The notes under the pieces: generated by a model | Database searches by the model: none | What the model was told of the DNA's origin: nothing | The model's input: the letters and a program-made list of their open reading frames with translations, nothing else | Made by a program: the position numbers and the translations under genes | Source: Squalus acanthias | Lineage: Eukaryota | DNA length: 64,000 nt | Assembly (NCBI GenBank): GCA_030390025.1 | Contig: CM059432.1 | Location: 90,150,001-90,214,000, forward strand | Direction: 5' to 3' | Shown: positions 25,901 through 39,796 of the stretch, piece by piece | Layout: each line of letters opens with the position of its first letter | How positions within the stretch are numbered: position 1 is the first letter of the stretch

Positions 25901-27390
25901 GATTTCAGAGAATGCACAGCGCTCACACTACTGATTTCAAACATTGCACAGCGCTCACACTACTGATTTCAGATAATGCACAGCACTCACATTACTGATT
26001 TCAGGACACCACAGCGCTTACACTACTGATTTTAGAGAATGCACAGCACTCACACTACTGATTTCAGACAATGCAAAGCACTAACACTACTGATTTCAGA
26101 AAATGCAAAGCGCTAACACTACTAATTACAAACATTGCACAGCGCTCACACTACTGATTTCAGAGAATGCTCAGCGCTCGCACTACTGATTTCAGAGAAT
26201 GCACAGCGCTCACACTACTGATTTCAAACATTGCACAGCGCTCACACTACTGATTTCAGATAATGCACAGCACTCACATTACTGATTTCAGGAAATCCAC
26301 AGCGCTTACACTACTGATTTTAGAGAATGCACAGCGCTCACACTACTGATTTCAGACAATGCAAAGCACTAACACTACTGATTTCAGAAAATGCAAAGCG
26401 CTAACACTACTGATTTCAAACATTGCACAGCGCTTACACTAATGATTTCAGAGAATGCTCAGCGCTCACACTACTGATTTCAGAGAATGCACAGCGCTCA
26501 CACTACTGATTTCAAACATTGCACAGCGCTCACACTACTGATTTCAGAGAATGCACAGCGCTAACATTACTGATTTCAGAGAATGCACAGCTCTCACACT
26601 ACTGATTTCAGAGAATGCACAGTGCTCACACTACTGATTTCACACAATGCACAGCGCTCACTCTACTGATTTCCAACATTGCACAGCACTCACACTACTG
26701 ATTTCAGACAATGCAAAGCGTTAACACTACTGATTTCAAACATTGCACAGCGCTCACACTACTGATTTCAGGAAATGCACAGCACTCACACTACTGATTT
26801 CAGGAAATGCACAGCGCTTACACTACTGATTTTAGAGAATGCACAGTGCTCGCACTATGATTACAGACAATGCAAAGTGCTAACACTACTGATTTCAGAG
26901 AATGCACAGCGCTCACACTACTGATTTCAAACATTGCACAGCACTCACACTACTGATTTCAAACATTGCAAAGCGCTCACACTACTGACTTCAGACAATG
27001 CAAAGTGCTAACACTACTGATTTCAGGCAATGCAAAGCGCTAACACTACTGATTTCAAACATTGCACAGCGCTCACACTACTGATTTCAGAGAATGCTCA
27101 GTGCTCGCACTACTGATTTCAGAGAATGCACAGCGCTCAATACTGAAATCAGACAATGCACAGCATTCACAGTACTGATTTCAGAGAATGCACAGCGCTC
27201 ACAATACTGATTTCAGGGAATGCACAGCGCTCACAATACTGATTTCAGAGAATGCACAGCGCTCACAATACTGATTTCAGAGAACACACAGCGCTCACAC
27301 TACTGATTTCAGAGAATGCTCAGCGCTCACACTACTGATTTCAGAGAATGCACAGCGCTCACACTACTGATTTCAGAGAATGCACAGCGC
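19975..27390 (+). repeat. Second ~3.6 kb higher-order duplication within the satellite
   Basis: Diagnostic variants recur at offset 3603 (ORF-track pairs 20907/24510, 21670/25273, 21893/25496, and the motif GCAGTCACATGCTTATTTCAATATG). Boundaries are approximate. Confidence 0.8.
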
Positions 27391-30300
27391 TCACACTACT
27401 AATTTCAGAGAATGCCAGGTGCTCACACTACTAATTTGAGAGAATGCTCAGCATTCACACTATTGTTATCAGTGAATACTCAGCATTCACACGACTTATT
27501 TCAGAGAATGCACAGTGCTCACACTGCTTATTTCAGAGAACACACAGCGCTCACACTACTGATTTCAGAGAATGCTCAGCGCTCACACTACTGATTTCAG
27601 AGAATGCACAGAGCTCACAATACTGATTTCAGAGAACACACAGCGCTCACACTACTGATTTCAGAGAATGCTCAGCGCTCACACTACTGATTTCAGAGAA
27701 TGCACAGCGCTCACACTACTGATTTCAGAGAATGCACAGCGCTCACACTACTTATTTGTGAGAATGCTCAGCATTCACACTATTGTTATCAGTGAATACT
27801 CAGCATTCACACGACTTATTTCAGAGAATGCACAGCGCTCACACTACTTATTTCAGGAAATGCACAGCGCTAACATTACTGATTTCAGAGAATGCACAGC
27901 GCTCACACTACTGATTTCAGAGAATGCACAGTGCTCACACTACCGATTTCAGAGAATGTGCAGTGCTCACACTACTGATTTCACACAATGCACAGCACTC
28001 ACATTACTGATTTCCAACATTGCACAGTGCTCACACTACTGATTTCAGACAATGCAAAGCGCTAACACTACTGATTTCAGACGATGCAAAGCGTTAACAC
28101 TATTGATTTCAAACATTGCACAGCGCTCACACTACTGATTTCAGTCAATGCACAGCGCTCACACTACTGATTTCAGGAAATGCACAGCACTTACACTACT
28201 GATTTTAGAGAATGCTCAGCGCTCACACTACTGATTTCAGAGAATGCAAAGTGCTAACACTATTGATTTCAGACAATGCGCAGCGCTAACATTACTGATT
28301 TCAGAGAATTCACAGCGCTCACACTACTGATTTCAGAGAATGCACAGTGCTCACACCACTGCTTTCAGTGAATGCACAGTGCTCACACTTTCAATTTCAG
28401 AGAATGTGCAGCGATCACACTACTGATTTCACACAATGTACAGCGCTCACACTACTGATTTCCAACATTGCACAGCGCTCACACTACTGATTTCAGACAA
28501 TGCAAAGCGTTAACACTACTGATTTCAAACATTGCACAGCGCTCACACTACTGATTTCAGGAAATGCACAGCACTCACACTACTGATTTCAGGAAATGCA
28601 CAGCGCTTACACTACTGATTTTAGAGAATGCACAGTGCTCGCACTACTGATTTCAGACAATGCAAAGTGCTAACACTACTGATTTCAGACAATGCAAAGC
28701 GCTAACACTACTGATTTCAAACATTGCACAGCGCTCACACTACTGATTTCAGAGAATGCTCAGCGCTCGCACTACTGATTTCAGAGAATGCACAGCGCTC
28801 ACACTACTGATTTCAAACATTGCACAGCGCTCACACTACTGATTTCAGTCAATGCACAGCACTCACACTACTGATTTCAGGAAATGCACAGCACTTACAC
28901 TACTGATTTTAGAGAATGCACAGTGCTCGCACTACTGACTTCAGACAATGCAAAGTGCTAACACTACTGATTTCAGGCAATGCAAAGCGCTAACACTACT
29001 GATTTCAAACATTGCACAGCGCTCACACTACTGATTTCAGAGAATGCTCAGTGCTCGCACTACTGATTTCAGAGAATGCACAGCGCTCAATACTGAAATC
29101 AGACAATGCACAGCATTCACAGTACTGATTTCAGAGAATGCACAGCGCTCACAATACTGATTTCAGGGAATGCACAGCGCTCACAATACTGATTTCAGAG
29201 AATGCACAGCGCTCACAATACTGATTTCAGAGAACACACAGCGCTCACACTACTGATTTCAGAGAATGCTCAGCGCTCACACTACTGATTTCAGAGAATG
29301 CACAGCGCTCACACTACTGATTTCAGAGAATGCACAGCGCTCACACTACTAATTTCAGAGAATGCCAGGTGCTCACACTACTTATTTGAGAGAATGCTCA
29401 GCATTCACACTATTGTTATCAGTGAATACTCAGCATTCACACGACTTATTTCAGAGAATGCACAGTGCTCACACTGCTTATTTCAGAGAACACACAGCGC
29501 TCACACTACTGATTTCAGAGAATGCTCAGCGCTCACACTACTGATTTCAGAGAATGCACAGAGCTCACAATACTGATTTCAGAGAATGCACAGTGCTCAC
29601 ACCATTGCTTTCAGTGAATGCACAGTGCTCACACTTTCAATTTCAGAGAATGTGCAGCGATCACACTACTGATTTCACACAATGCACAGCGCTCACACTA
29701 CTGATTTCCAACATTGCACAGCGCTCACACTACTGATTTCAGACAATGCAAAGCGCTAACACTACTGATTTCAAACATTGCACAGCGCTCACACTACTGA
29801 TTTCAGGAAATGCACAGCACTCACACTACTGATTTCAGGAAATGCACAGCGCTTACACTACTGATTTTAGAGAATGCACAGTGCTCGCACTACTGATTTC
29901 AGACAATGCAAAGTGCTAACACTACTGATTTCAGACAATGCAAAGCGCTAACACTACTGATTTCAAACATTGCACAGCGCTCACACTACTGATTTCAGAG
30001 AATGCTCAGCGCTCGCACTATTGATTTCAGAGAATGCAGAGCACTCACACTACTGATTTCAAACATTGCACAGCGCTCACACTACTGATTTCAGTCAATG
30101 CACAGCACTCACACTACTGATTTCAGGAAATGCACAGCACTTACACTACTGATTTTAGAGAATGCACAGTGCTCGCACTACTGACTTCAGACAATGCAAA
30201 GTGCTAACACTACTAATTTCAGGCAATGCAAAGCGCTAACACTACTGATTTCAAACATTGCACAGCGCTCACACTACTGATTTCAGAGAATGCTCAGTGC

Positions 30301-31349
30301 TCGCACTACTGATTTCAGAGAATGCACAGCGCTCAATACTGAAATCAGACAATGCACAGCATTCACAGTACTGATTTCAGAGAATGCACAGCGCTCACAA
30401 TACTGATTTCAGGGAATGCACAGCGCTCACAATACTGATTTCAGAGAATGCACAGCGCTCACAATACTGATTTCAGAGAACACACAGCGCTCACGCTACT
30501 GATTTCAGAGAATGCTCAGCGCTCACACTACTGATTTCAGAGAATGCACAGCGCTCACACTACTGATTTCAGAGAATGCACAGCGCTCACACTACTAATT
30601 TCAGAGAATGCCAGGCGCTCACACTACTTATTTGAGAGAATGCTCAGCATTCACACTATTGTTATCAGTGAATACTCAGCATTCACACGACTTATTTCAG
30701 AGAATGCACAGTGCTCACACTGCTTATTTCAGAGAACACACAGCGCTCACACTACTGATTTCAGAGAATGCTCAGCGCTCACACTACTGATTTCAGAGAA
30801 TGCACAGCGCTCACAATACTGATTTCAGAGAACACACAGCACTCACACTACTGATTTCAGAGAATGCTCAGCGCTCACACTACTGATTTCAGAGAATGCA
30901 CAGCGCTCACACTACTGATTTCAGAGAATGCACAGCGCTCACACTACTTATTTGTGAGAATGCTCAGCATTCACACTATTGTTATCAGTGAATACTCAGC
31001 ATTCACACGACTTATTTCAGAGAATGCACAGCGCTCACACTACTTATTTCAGGAAATGCACAGCGCTAACATTACTGATTTCAGAGAATGCACAGCGCTC
31101 ACACTACTGATTTCAGAGAATGCACAGTGCTCACACTACCGATTTCAGAGAATGTGCAGTGCTCACACTACTGATTTCACACAATGCACAGCACTCACAT
31201 TACTGATTTCCAACATTGCACAGTGCTCACACTACTGATTTCAGACAATGCAAAGCGCTAACACTACTGATTTCAGACGATGCAAAGCGTTAACACTATT
31301 GATTTCAAACATTGCACAGCGCTCACACTACTGATTTCAGTCAATGCAC

Positions 31350-34300
31350 AGCGCTCACACTACTGATTTCAGGAAATGCACAGCACTTACACTACTGATT
31401 TTAGAGAATGCTCAGCGCTCGCACTACTGATTTCAGACAATGCACAGCGCTCACACTACTGCATTCACGGAGTGCTCAGCACTCACACTACTGATTTCAG
31501 GGAATGCAAAGCACTCACACTACTGATTTTATAGAACGCACAGCGCTCACACTACTGATTTCAGACAATGCACAGCACACACTCTACTGATTTCAGAGAA
31601 TGCACAGCACCCAATCTACTGATTTCAGACAATGCACAGCACTTACACTACTGATTTTAGAGAATGCACAGTGCTCGCACTACTGATTTCAGACAATGCA
31701 AAGTGCTAACACTACTGATTTCAGACAATGCAAAGCGCTAACACTACTGATTTCAAACATTGCACAGCGCTCACACTACTGATTTCAGAGAATGCTCAGC
31801 GCTCGCACTATTGATTTCAGAGAATGCAGAGCACTCACACTACTGATTTCAAACATTGCACAGCGCTCACACTACTGATTTCAGTCAATGCACAGCACTC
31901 ACACTACTGATTTCAGGAAATGCACAGCACTTACACTACTGATTTTAGAGAATGCACAGTGCTCGCACTACTGACTTCAGACAATGCAAAGTGCTAACAC
32001 TACTGATTTCAGGCAATGCAAAGCGCTAACACTACTGATTTCAAACATTGCACAGCGCTCACACTATTGATTTCAGAGAATGCTCAGTGCTCGCACTACT
32101 GATTTCAGAGAATGCACAGCGCTCAATACTGAAATCAGACAATGCACAGCATTCACAGTACTGATTTCAGAGAATGCACAGCGCTCACAATACTGATTTC
32201 AGGGAATGCACAGCGCTCACAATACTGATTTCAGAGAATGCACAGCGCTCACAATACTGATTTCAGAGAACACACAGCGCTCACGCTACTGATTTCAGAG
32301 AATGCTCAGCGCTCACACTACTGATTTCAGAGAATGCACAGCGCTCACACTACTGATTTCAGAGAATGCACAGCGCTCACACTACTAATTTCAGAGAATG
32401 CCAGGCGCTCACACTACTTATTTGAGAGAATGCTCAGCATTCACACTATTGTTATCAGTGAATACTCAGCATTCACACGACTTATTTCAGAGAATGCACA
32501 GTGCTCACACTGCTTATTTCAGAGAACACACAGCGCTCACACTACTGATTTCAGAGAATGCTCAGCGCTCACACTACTGATTTCAGAGAATGCACAGCGC
32601 TCACAATACTGATTTCAGAGAACACACAGCACTCACACTACTGATTTCAGAGAATGCTCAGCGCTCACACTACTGATTTCAGAGAATGCACAGCGCTCAC
32701 ACTACTGATTTCAGAGAATGCACAGCGCTCACACTACTTATTTGTGAGAATGCTCAGCATTCACACTATTGTTATCAGTGAATACTCAGCATTCACACGA
32801 CTTATTTCAGAGAATGCACAGCGCTCACACTACTTATTTCAGGAAATGCACAGCGCTAACATTACTGATTTCAGAGAATGCACAGCGCTCACACTACTGA
32901 TTTCAGAGAATGCACAGTGCTCACACTACCGATTTCAGAGAATGTGCAGTGCTCACACTACTGATTTCACACAATGCACAGCACTCACATTACTGATTTC
33001 CAACATTGCACAGTGCTCACACTACTGATTTCAGACAATGCAAAGCGCTAACACTACTGATTTCAGACGATGCAAAGCGTTAACACTATTGATTTCAAAC
33101 ATTGCACAGCGCTCACACTACTGATTTCAGTCAATGCACAGCGCTCACACTACTGATTTCAGGAAATGCACAGCACTTACACTACTGATTTTAGAGAATG
33201 CTCAGCGCTCGCACTACTGATTTCAGACAATGCACAGCGCTCACACTACTGCATTCACGGAGTGCTCAGCACTCACACTACTGATTTCAGGGAATGCAAA
33301 GCACTCACACTACTGATTTTATAGAACGCACAGCGCTCACACTACTGATTTCAGACAATGCACAGCACACACTCTACTGATTTCAGAGAATGCACAGCAC
33401 CCAATCTACTGATTTCAGACAATGCACAGCACTTACACTACTGATTTCAGAGAATGCACAGCGCTCACACTACTGATTTCAGACAATGCACAGTGCTCAC
33501 ACTACTGATTTCATGGAGTGCGCAGCGCTCACACTACTTTTTTCAGGGAATGCACAGCACACACTCTGCTGATTTCAGAGAATGCACAGCACCCACTCTA
33601 CTGATTTCAGACAATGCACAGCGCACACTACTGATTTCACAGAATGCACAGCGCTCACACTACTGATTTCAGACAATGCTCAGTGCTCACACAACTGATT
33701 TCAGAGAATTCACAGTGATCACACTACTGATTTCAGAGAATGCACAGCACACACTACTGATTTCAGGGTATCCACACCGCTGACACTACTGATTTCAGAG
33801 AATGCACAGCGCTCACACACTGATTTCAGAGTCTGCTCAGCGCTCACACTAATGATTTCAGAGCATGCTCAGTGCTCACTACTGAAATCAGACAATGCAC
33901 AGCTTTCACACTACTGATTTCAGAAAATGTTCAGCGCTCACACTACTGATTTCAGAGAATACACAGTGCTCACACGATTGATTTCAGGGAATGCACAGTG
34001 CTCACTACTGAAATCACACAATGCACAGCACTCACAATACTGATTTTATAGAACGCACAGCGCTCGCACTACTGATTTCCGAGAATGCACAGCGCTCACA
34101 CTACTCATTTCACTGAATGCACAGTGCTCACACTACTGATTTCAGCGAATCAACAGCATTCACACTACTGATTACAGAGAATGCATAGCGCTCACACTAA
34201 TGTTTTCAGACAATGCACCGCACTCACTACTGATATCAGAGAATGCACAGCACCCACACTACTGATTTCAGGGAATCAACAGCATTCACACTACTGATTT

Positions 34301-37300
34301 CCGACAATGCACAGCGCTCAGACTAATGTATTCAGAAAATGTTCAGCGCTCACACTACTGATTTCAGAGAATTCACAGTGATCACACTACTGATTTCAGA
34401 GAATTCACATAGCTCACACTACTGATTTCAGAGATAGCACAGCGCTCACACTACTGCATTCACGGAGTGCTCAGCGCTCACACTACTGATTTCAGGGAAT
34501 GCACAGCACGTACACTACTGATTTTATAGAACGCACAGCGCTCACACTACTGATTTCAGACAATGCACAGCACACACTCCACTGATTTCAGAAAATGCAC
34601 AGCACCCAATCTACTGATTTCAGACAATGCACAGCGCTTACACTACTGATTTCAGAGAATGCAAAGTGCTCACACAACTGATTTCAGTGAATTCAGTGAT
34701 CACACTACTGATTTCAGTGAATTCACAGCACCCACACTACTGATTTCAGGGAATCCAAAGCATTCACACCACTGATTTCAGACAATGCACAGCGCTCACA
34801 CTAATGATTTTATAGAACGCACAGCGCTCGCACTACTGATTTCCGAGAATGCACAGTGCTCACACTACTCATTTCACTGAATGCACAGTGCTCACACTAC
34901 TGATTTCAGGGAATCAACAGCGTTCACGCTACTGATTTCAGAAAATGCACAGCGCTCACACTACTGATTTCAGGAAATGCACAGCACTTACACTACTGAT
35001 TTTAGAGAATGCTCAGCGCTCGCACTACTGATTTCAGACAATGCACAGCGCTCACACTACTGCATTCACGGAGTGCTCAGCACTCACACTACTGATTTCA
35101 GGGAATGCAAAGCACTCACACTACTGATTTTGTAGAACGCACAGCGCTCACACTACTGATTTCAGACAATGCACAGCACACACTCTACTGATTTCAGAGA
35201 ATGCACAGCACCCAATCTACTGATTTCAGACAATGCACAGCACTTACACTACTGATTTTAGAGAATGCACAGTGCTCGCACTACTGATTTCAGACAATGC
35301 AAAGTGCTAACACTACTGATTTCAGACAATGCAAAGCGCTAACACTACTGATTTCAAACATTGCACAGCGCTCACACTACTGATTTCAGAGAATGCTCAG
35401 CGCTCGCACTATTGATTTCAGAGAATGCAGAGCACTCACACTACTGATTTCAAACATTGCACAGCGCTCACACTACTGATTTCAGTCAATGCACAGCACT
35501 CACACTACTGATTTCAGGAAATGCACAGCACTTACACTACTGATTTAGAGAATGCACAGTGCTCGCACTACTGACTTCAGACAATGCAAAGTGCTAACAC
35601 TACTGATTTCAGGCAATGCAAAGCGCTAACACTACTGATTTCAAACATTGCACAGCGCTCACACTATTGATTTCAGAGAATGCTCAGTGCTCGCACTACT
35701 GATTTCAGAGAATGCACAGCGCTCAATACTGAAATCAGACAATGCACAGCATTCACAGTACTGATTTCAGAGAATGCACAGCGCTCACAATACTGATTTC
35801 AGGGAATGCACAGCGCTCACAATACTGATTTCAGAGAATGCACAGCGCTCACAATACTGATTTCAGAGAACACACAGCGCTCACGCTACTGATTTCAGAG
35901 AATGCTCAGCGCTCACACTACTGATTTCAGAGAATGCACAGCGCTCACACTACTGATTTCAGAGAATGCACAGCGCTCACACTACTAATTTCAGAGAATG
36001 CCAGGCGCTCACACTACTTATTTGAGAGAATGCTCAGCATTCACACTATTGTTATCAGTGAATACTCAGCATTCACACGACTTATTTCAGAGAATGCACA
36101 GTGCTCACACTGCTTATTTCAGAGAACACACAGCGCTCACACTACTGATTTCAGAGAATGCTCAGCGCTCACACTACTGATTTCAGAGAATGCACAGCGC
36201 TCACAATACTGATTTCAGAGAACACACAGCACTCACACTACTGATTTCAGAGAATGCTCAGCGCTCACACTACTGATTTCAGAGAATGCACAGCGCTCAC
36301 ACTACTGATTTCAGAGAATGCACAGCGCTCACACTACTTATTTGTGAGAATGCTCAGCATTCACACTATTGTTATCAGTGAATACTCAGCATTCACACGA
36401 CTTATTTCAGAGAATGCACAGCGCTCACACTACTTATTTCAGGAAATGCACAGCGCTAACATTACTGATTTCAGAGAATGCACAGCGCTCACACTACTGA
36501 TTTCAGAGAATGCACAGTGCTCACACTACCGATTTCAGAGAATGTGCAGTGCTCACACTACTGATTTCACACAATGCACAGCACTCACATTACTGATTTC
36601 CAACATTGCACAGTGCTCACACTACTGATTTCAGACAATGCAAAGCGCTAACACTACTGATTTCAGACGATGCAAAGCGTTAACACTATTGATTTCAAAC
36701 ATTGCACAGCGCTCACACTACTGATTTCAGTCAATGCACAGCGCTCACACTACTGATTTCAGGAAATGCACAGCACTTACACTACTGATTTTAGAGAATG
36801 CTCAGCGCTCGCACTACTGATTTCAGACAATGCACAGCGCTCACACTACTGCATTCACGGAGTGCTCAGCACTCACACTACTGATTTCAGGGAATGCAAA
36901 GCACTCACACTACTGATTTTATAGAACGCACAGCGCTCACACTACTGATTTCAGACAATGCACAGCACACACTCTACTGATTTCAGAGAATGCACAGCAC
37001 CCAATCTACTGATTTCAGACAATGCACAGCACTTACACTACTGATTTCAGAGAATGCACAGCGCTCACACTACTGATTTCAGACAATGCACAGTGCTCAC
37101 ACTACTGATTTCATGGAGTGCGCAGCGCTCACACTACTTTTTTCAGGGAATGCACAGCACACACTCTGCTGATTTCAGAGAATGCACAGCACCCACTCTA
37201 CTGATTTCAGACAATGCACAGCGCACACTACTGATTTCACAGAATGCACAGCGCTCACACTACTGATTTCAGACAATGCTCAGTGCTCACACAACTGATT

Positions 37301-38548
37301 TCAGAGAATTCACAGTGATCACACTACTGATTTCAGAGAATGCACAGCACACACTACTGATTTCAGGGTATCCACACCGCTGACACTACTGATTTCAGAG
37401 AATGCACAGCGCTCACACACTGATTTCAGAGTCTGCTCAGCGCTCACACTAATGATTTCAGAGCATGCTCAGTGCTCACTACTGAAATCAGACAATGCAC
37501 AGCTTTCACACTACTGATTTCAGAAAATGTTCAGCGCTCACACTACTGATTTCAGAGAATACACAGTGCTCACACGATTGATTTCAGGGAATGCACAGTG
37601 CTCACTACTGAAATCACACAATGCACAGCACTCACAATACTGATTTTATAGAACGCACAGCGCTCGCACTACTGATTTCCGAGAATGCACAGCGCTCACA
37701 CTACTCATTTCACTGAATGCACAGTGCTCACACTACTGATTTCAGCGAATCAACAGCATTCACACTACTGATTACAGAGAATGCATAGCGCTCACACTAA
37801 TGTTTTCAGACAATGCACCGCACTCACTACTGATATCAGAGAATGCACAGCACCCACACTACTGATTTCAGGGAATCAACAGCATTCACACTACTGATTT
37901 CCGACAATGCACAGCGCTCAGACTAATGTATTCAGAAAATGTTCAGCGCTCACACTACTGATTTCAGAGAATTCACAGTGATCACACTACTGATTTCAGA
38001 GAATTCACATAGCTCACACTACTGATTTCAGAGATAGCACAGCGCTCACACTACTGCATTCACGGAGTGCTCAGCGCTCACACTACTGATTTCAGGGAAT
38101 GCACAGCACGTACACTACTGATTTTATAGAACGCACAGCGCTCACACTACTGATTTCAGACAATGCACAGCACACACTCCACTGATTTCAGAAAATGCAC
38201 AGCACCCAATCTACTGATTTCAGACAATGCACAGCGCTTACACTACTGATTTCAGAGAATGCAAAGTGCTCACACAACTGATTTCAGTGAATTCAGTGAT
38301 CACACTACTGATTTCAGTGAATTCACAGCACCCACACTACTGATTTCAGGGAATCCAAAGCATTCACACCACTGATTTCAGACAATGCACAGCGCTCACA
38401 CTAATGATTTTATAGAACGCACAGCGCTCGCACTACTGATTTCCGAGAATGCACAGTGCTCACACTACTCATTTCACTGAATGCACAGTGCTCACACTAC
38501 TGATTTCAGGGAATCAACAGCGTTCACGCTACTGATTTCAGAAAATGC
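31350..38548 (+). repeat. Near-identical ~3.6 kb tandem duplication (higher-order repeat) within the satellite
   Basis: Lines at 32401 and 36001 and onward read identically at offset 3600. ORF-track pairs 32334/35934, 32654/36254 and 33454/37054 have identical translations. Confidence 0.9.
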
Positions 38549-39660
38549 TCAGCGCTCACACTAATGATTTCAGACAATGCACCGCACTCACTACTGATAT
38601 CAGAGAATGCACAGCACCCACACTACTGATTTCAGGGAATCAACAGCATTCACACTACTGATTTCAGACAATGCACAGCGCTCAGACTAATGATTTCAGA
38701 AAATGTTCAGCACTCACACTACTGATTTCAGAGAATACACAGCACTCACACTACTGATTTCAGACAATGCACAGCACTTTAAGTACTGATTTATAGAACG
38801 CACAGCGCTCACACTACTGATTTCAGACAATGCACAGCACACACTCTACTGATTTCAGAAAATGCACAGCACCCAATCTACTGATTTCAGACAATGCACA
38901 GCGCTTACACTACTGATTTCAGAGAATGCACAGCGCTCACACTACTGATTTCAGAAAATGCACAGTGCTCACACAACTGATTTCAGAGAATTCACAGTGA
39001 TCACACTACTGATTTCAGAGTATGCACAGCACCCACACTACTGATTTCAGGGAATCCAAAGCATTCACACCACTGATTTCAGAGAATGCACAGCGCTCAC
39101 ACTAATGGTTTCACACAATGCACAGCACTCACACTACTGATTTTATAGAATGCACAGCGCTCGCACTACTGATTTCCGAGAATGCACAGCGCTCACACTA
39201 CTCATTTCACTGAATGCACAGTGCTCACACTACTGATTTCAGGGAATCAACAGCGTTCACACTACTGATTACAGAGAATGCACAGCGCTCACACTAATGT
39301 TTTCAGACAATGCGCAGCAATCACGCTACTGATTTCAGAAAATGCTCAGCGCTCACACTAATGATTTCAGACAATGCACCGCACTCACTACTGATATCAG
39401 AGAATGCACAGCACCCACACTACTGATTTCAGGGAATCAACAGCATTCACACTACTGATTTCAGACAATGCACAGCGCTCAGACTAATGATTTCAGAAAA
39501 TGTTCAGCACTCACACTACTGATTTCAGAGAATACACAGCACTCACACTACTGATTTCAGACAATGCACAGCGCTCACACTACTGCATTCACGGAGTGCT
39601 CAGCGCTCACACTACTGATTTCAGGGAATGCAAAGCACTCACACTACTGATTTTATAGAA

Positions 39661-39796
39661 AATGAGAAGTCGCACAACACCAGGTTATAGTCCAACAGAT
39701 TTATTTAAAATTACAAGTATTAGTTGGACTATAACCTGGTGTTGTGCGCCTTCTCATTTTTGTCCACCCCAGTCCAACGCCGGCATCTCCACATCA
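39661..39796. mobile_element. 136-bp fold-back insertion in the satellite, copy 1 (probable truncated Penelope-like end)
   Basis: Non-satellite sequence with 38-bp inverted arms (39659-39696 / 39723-39760, one mismatch), flanked by the direct repeat TGATTTTATAGAA (39648-39660, 39797-39809). Confidence 0.85.
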
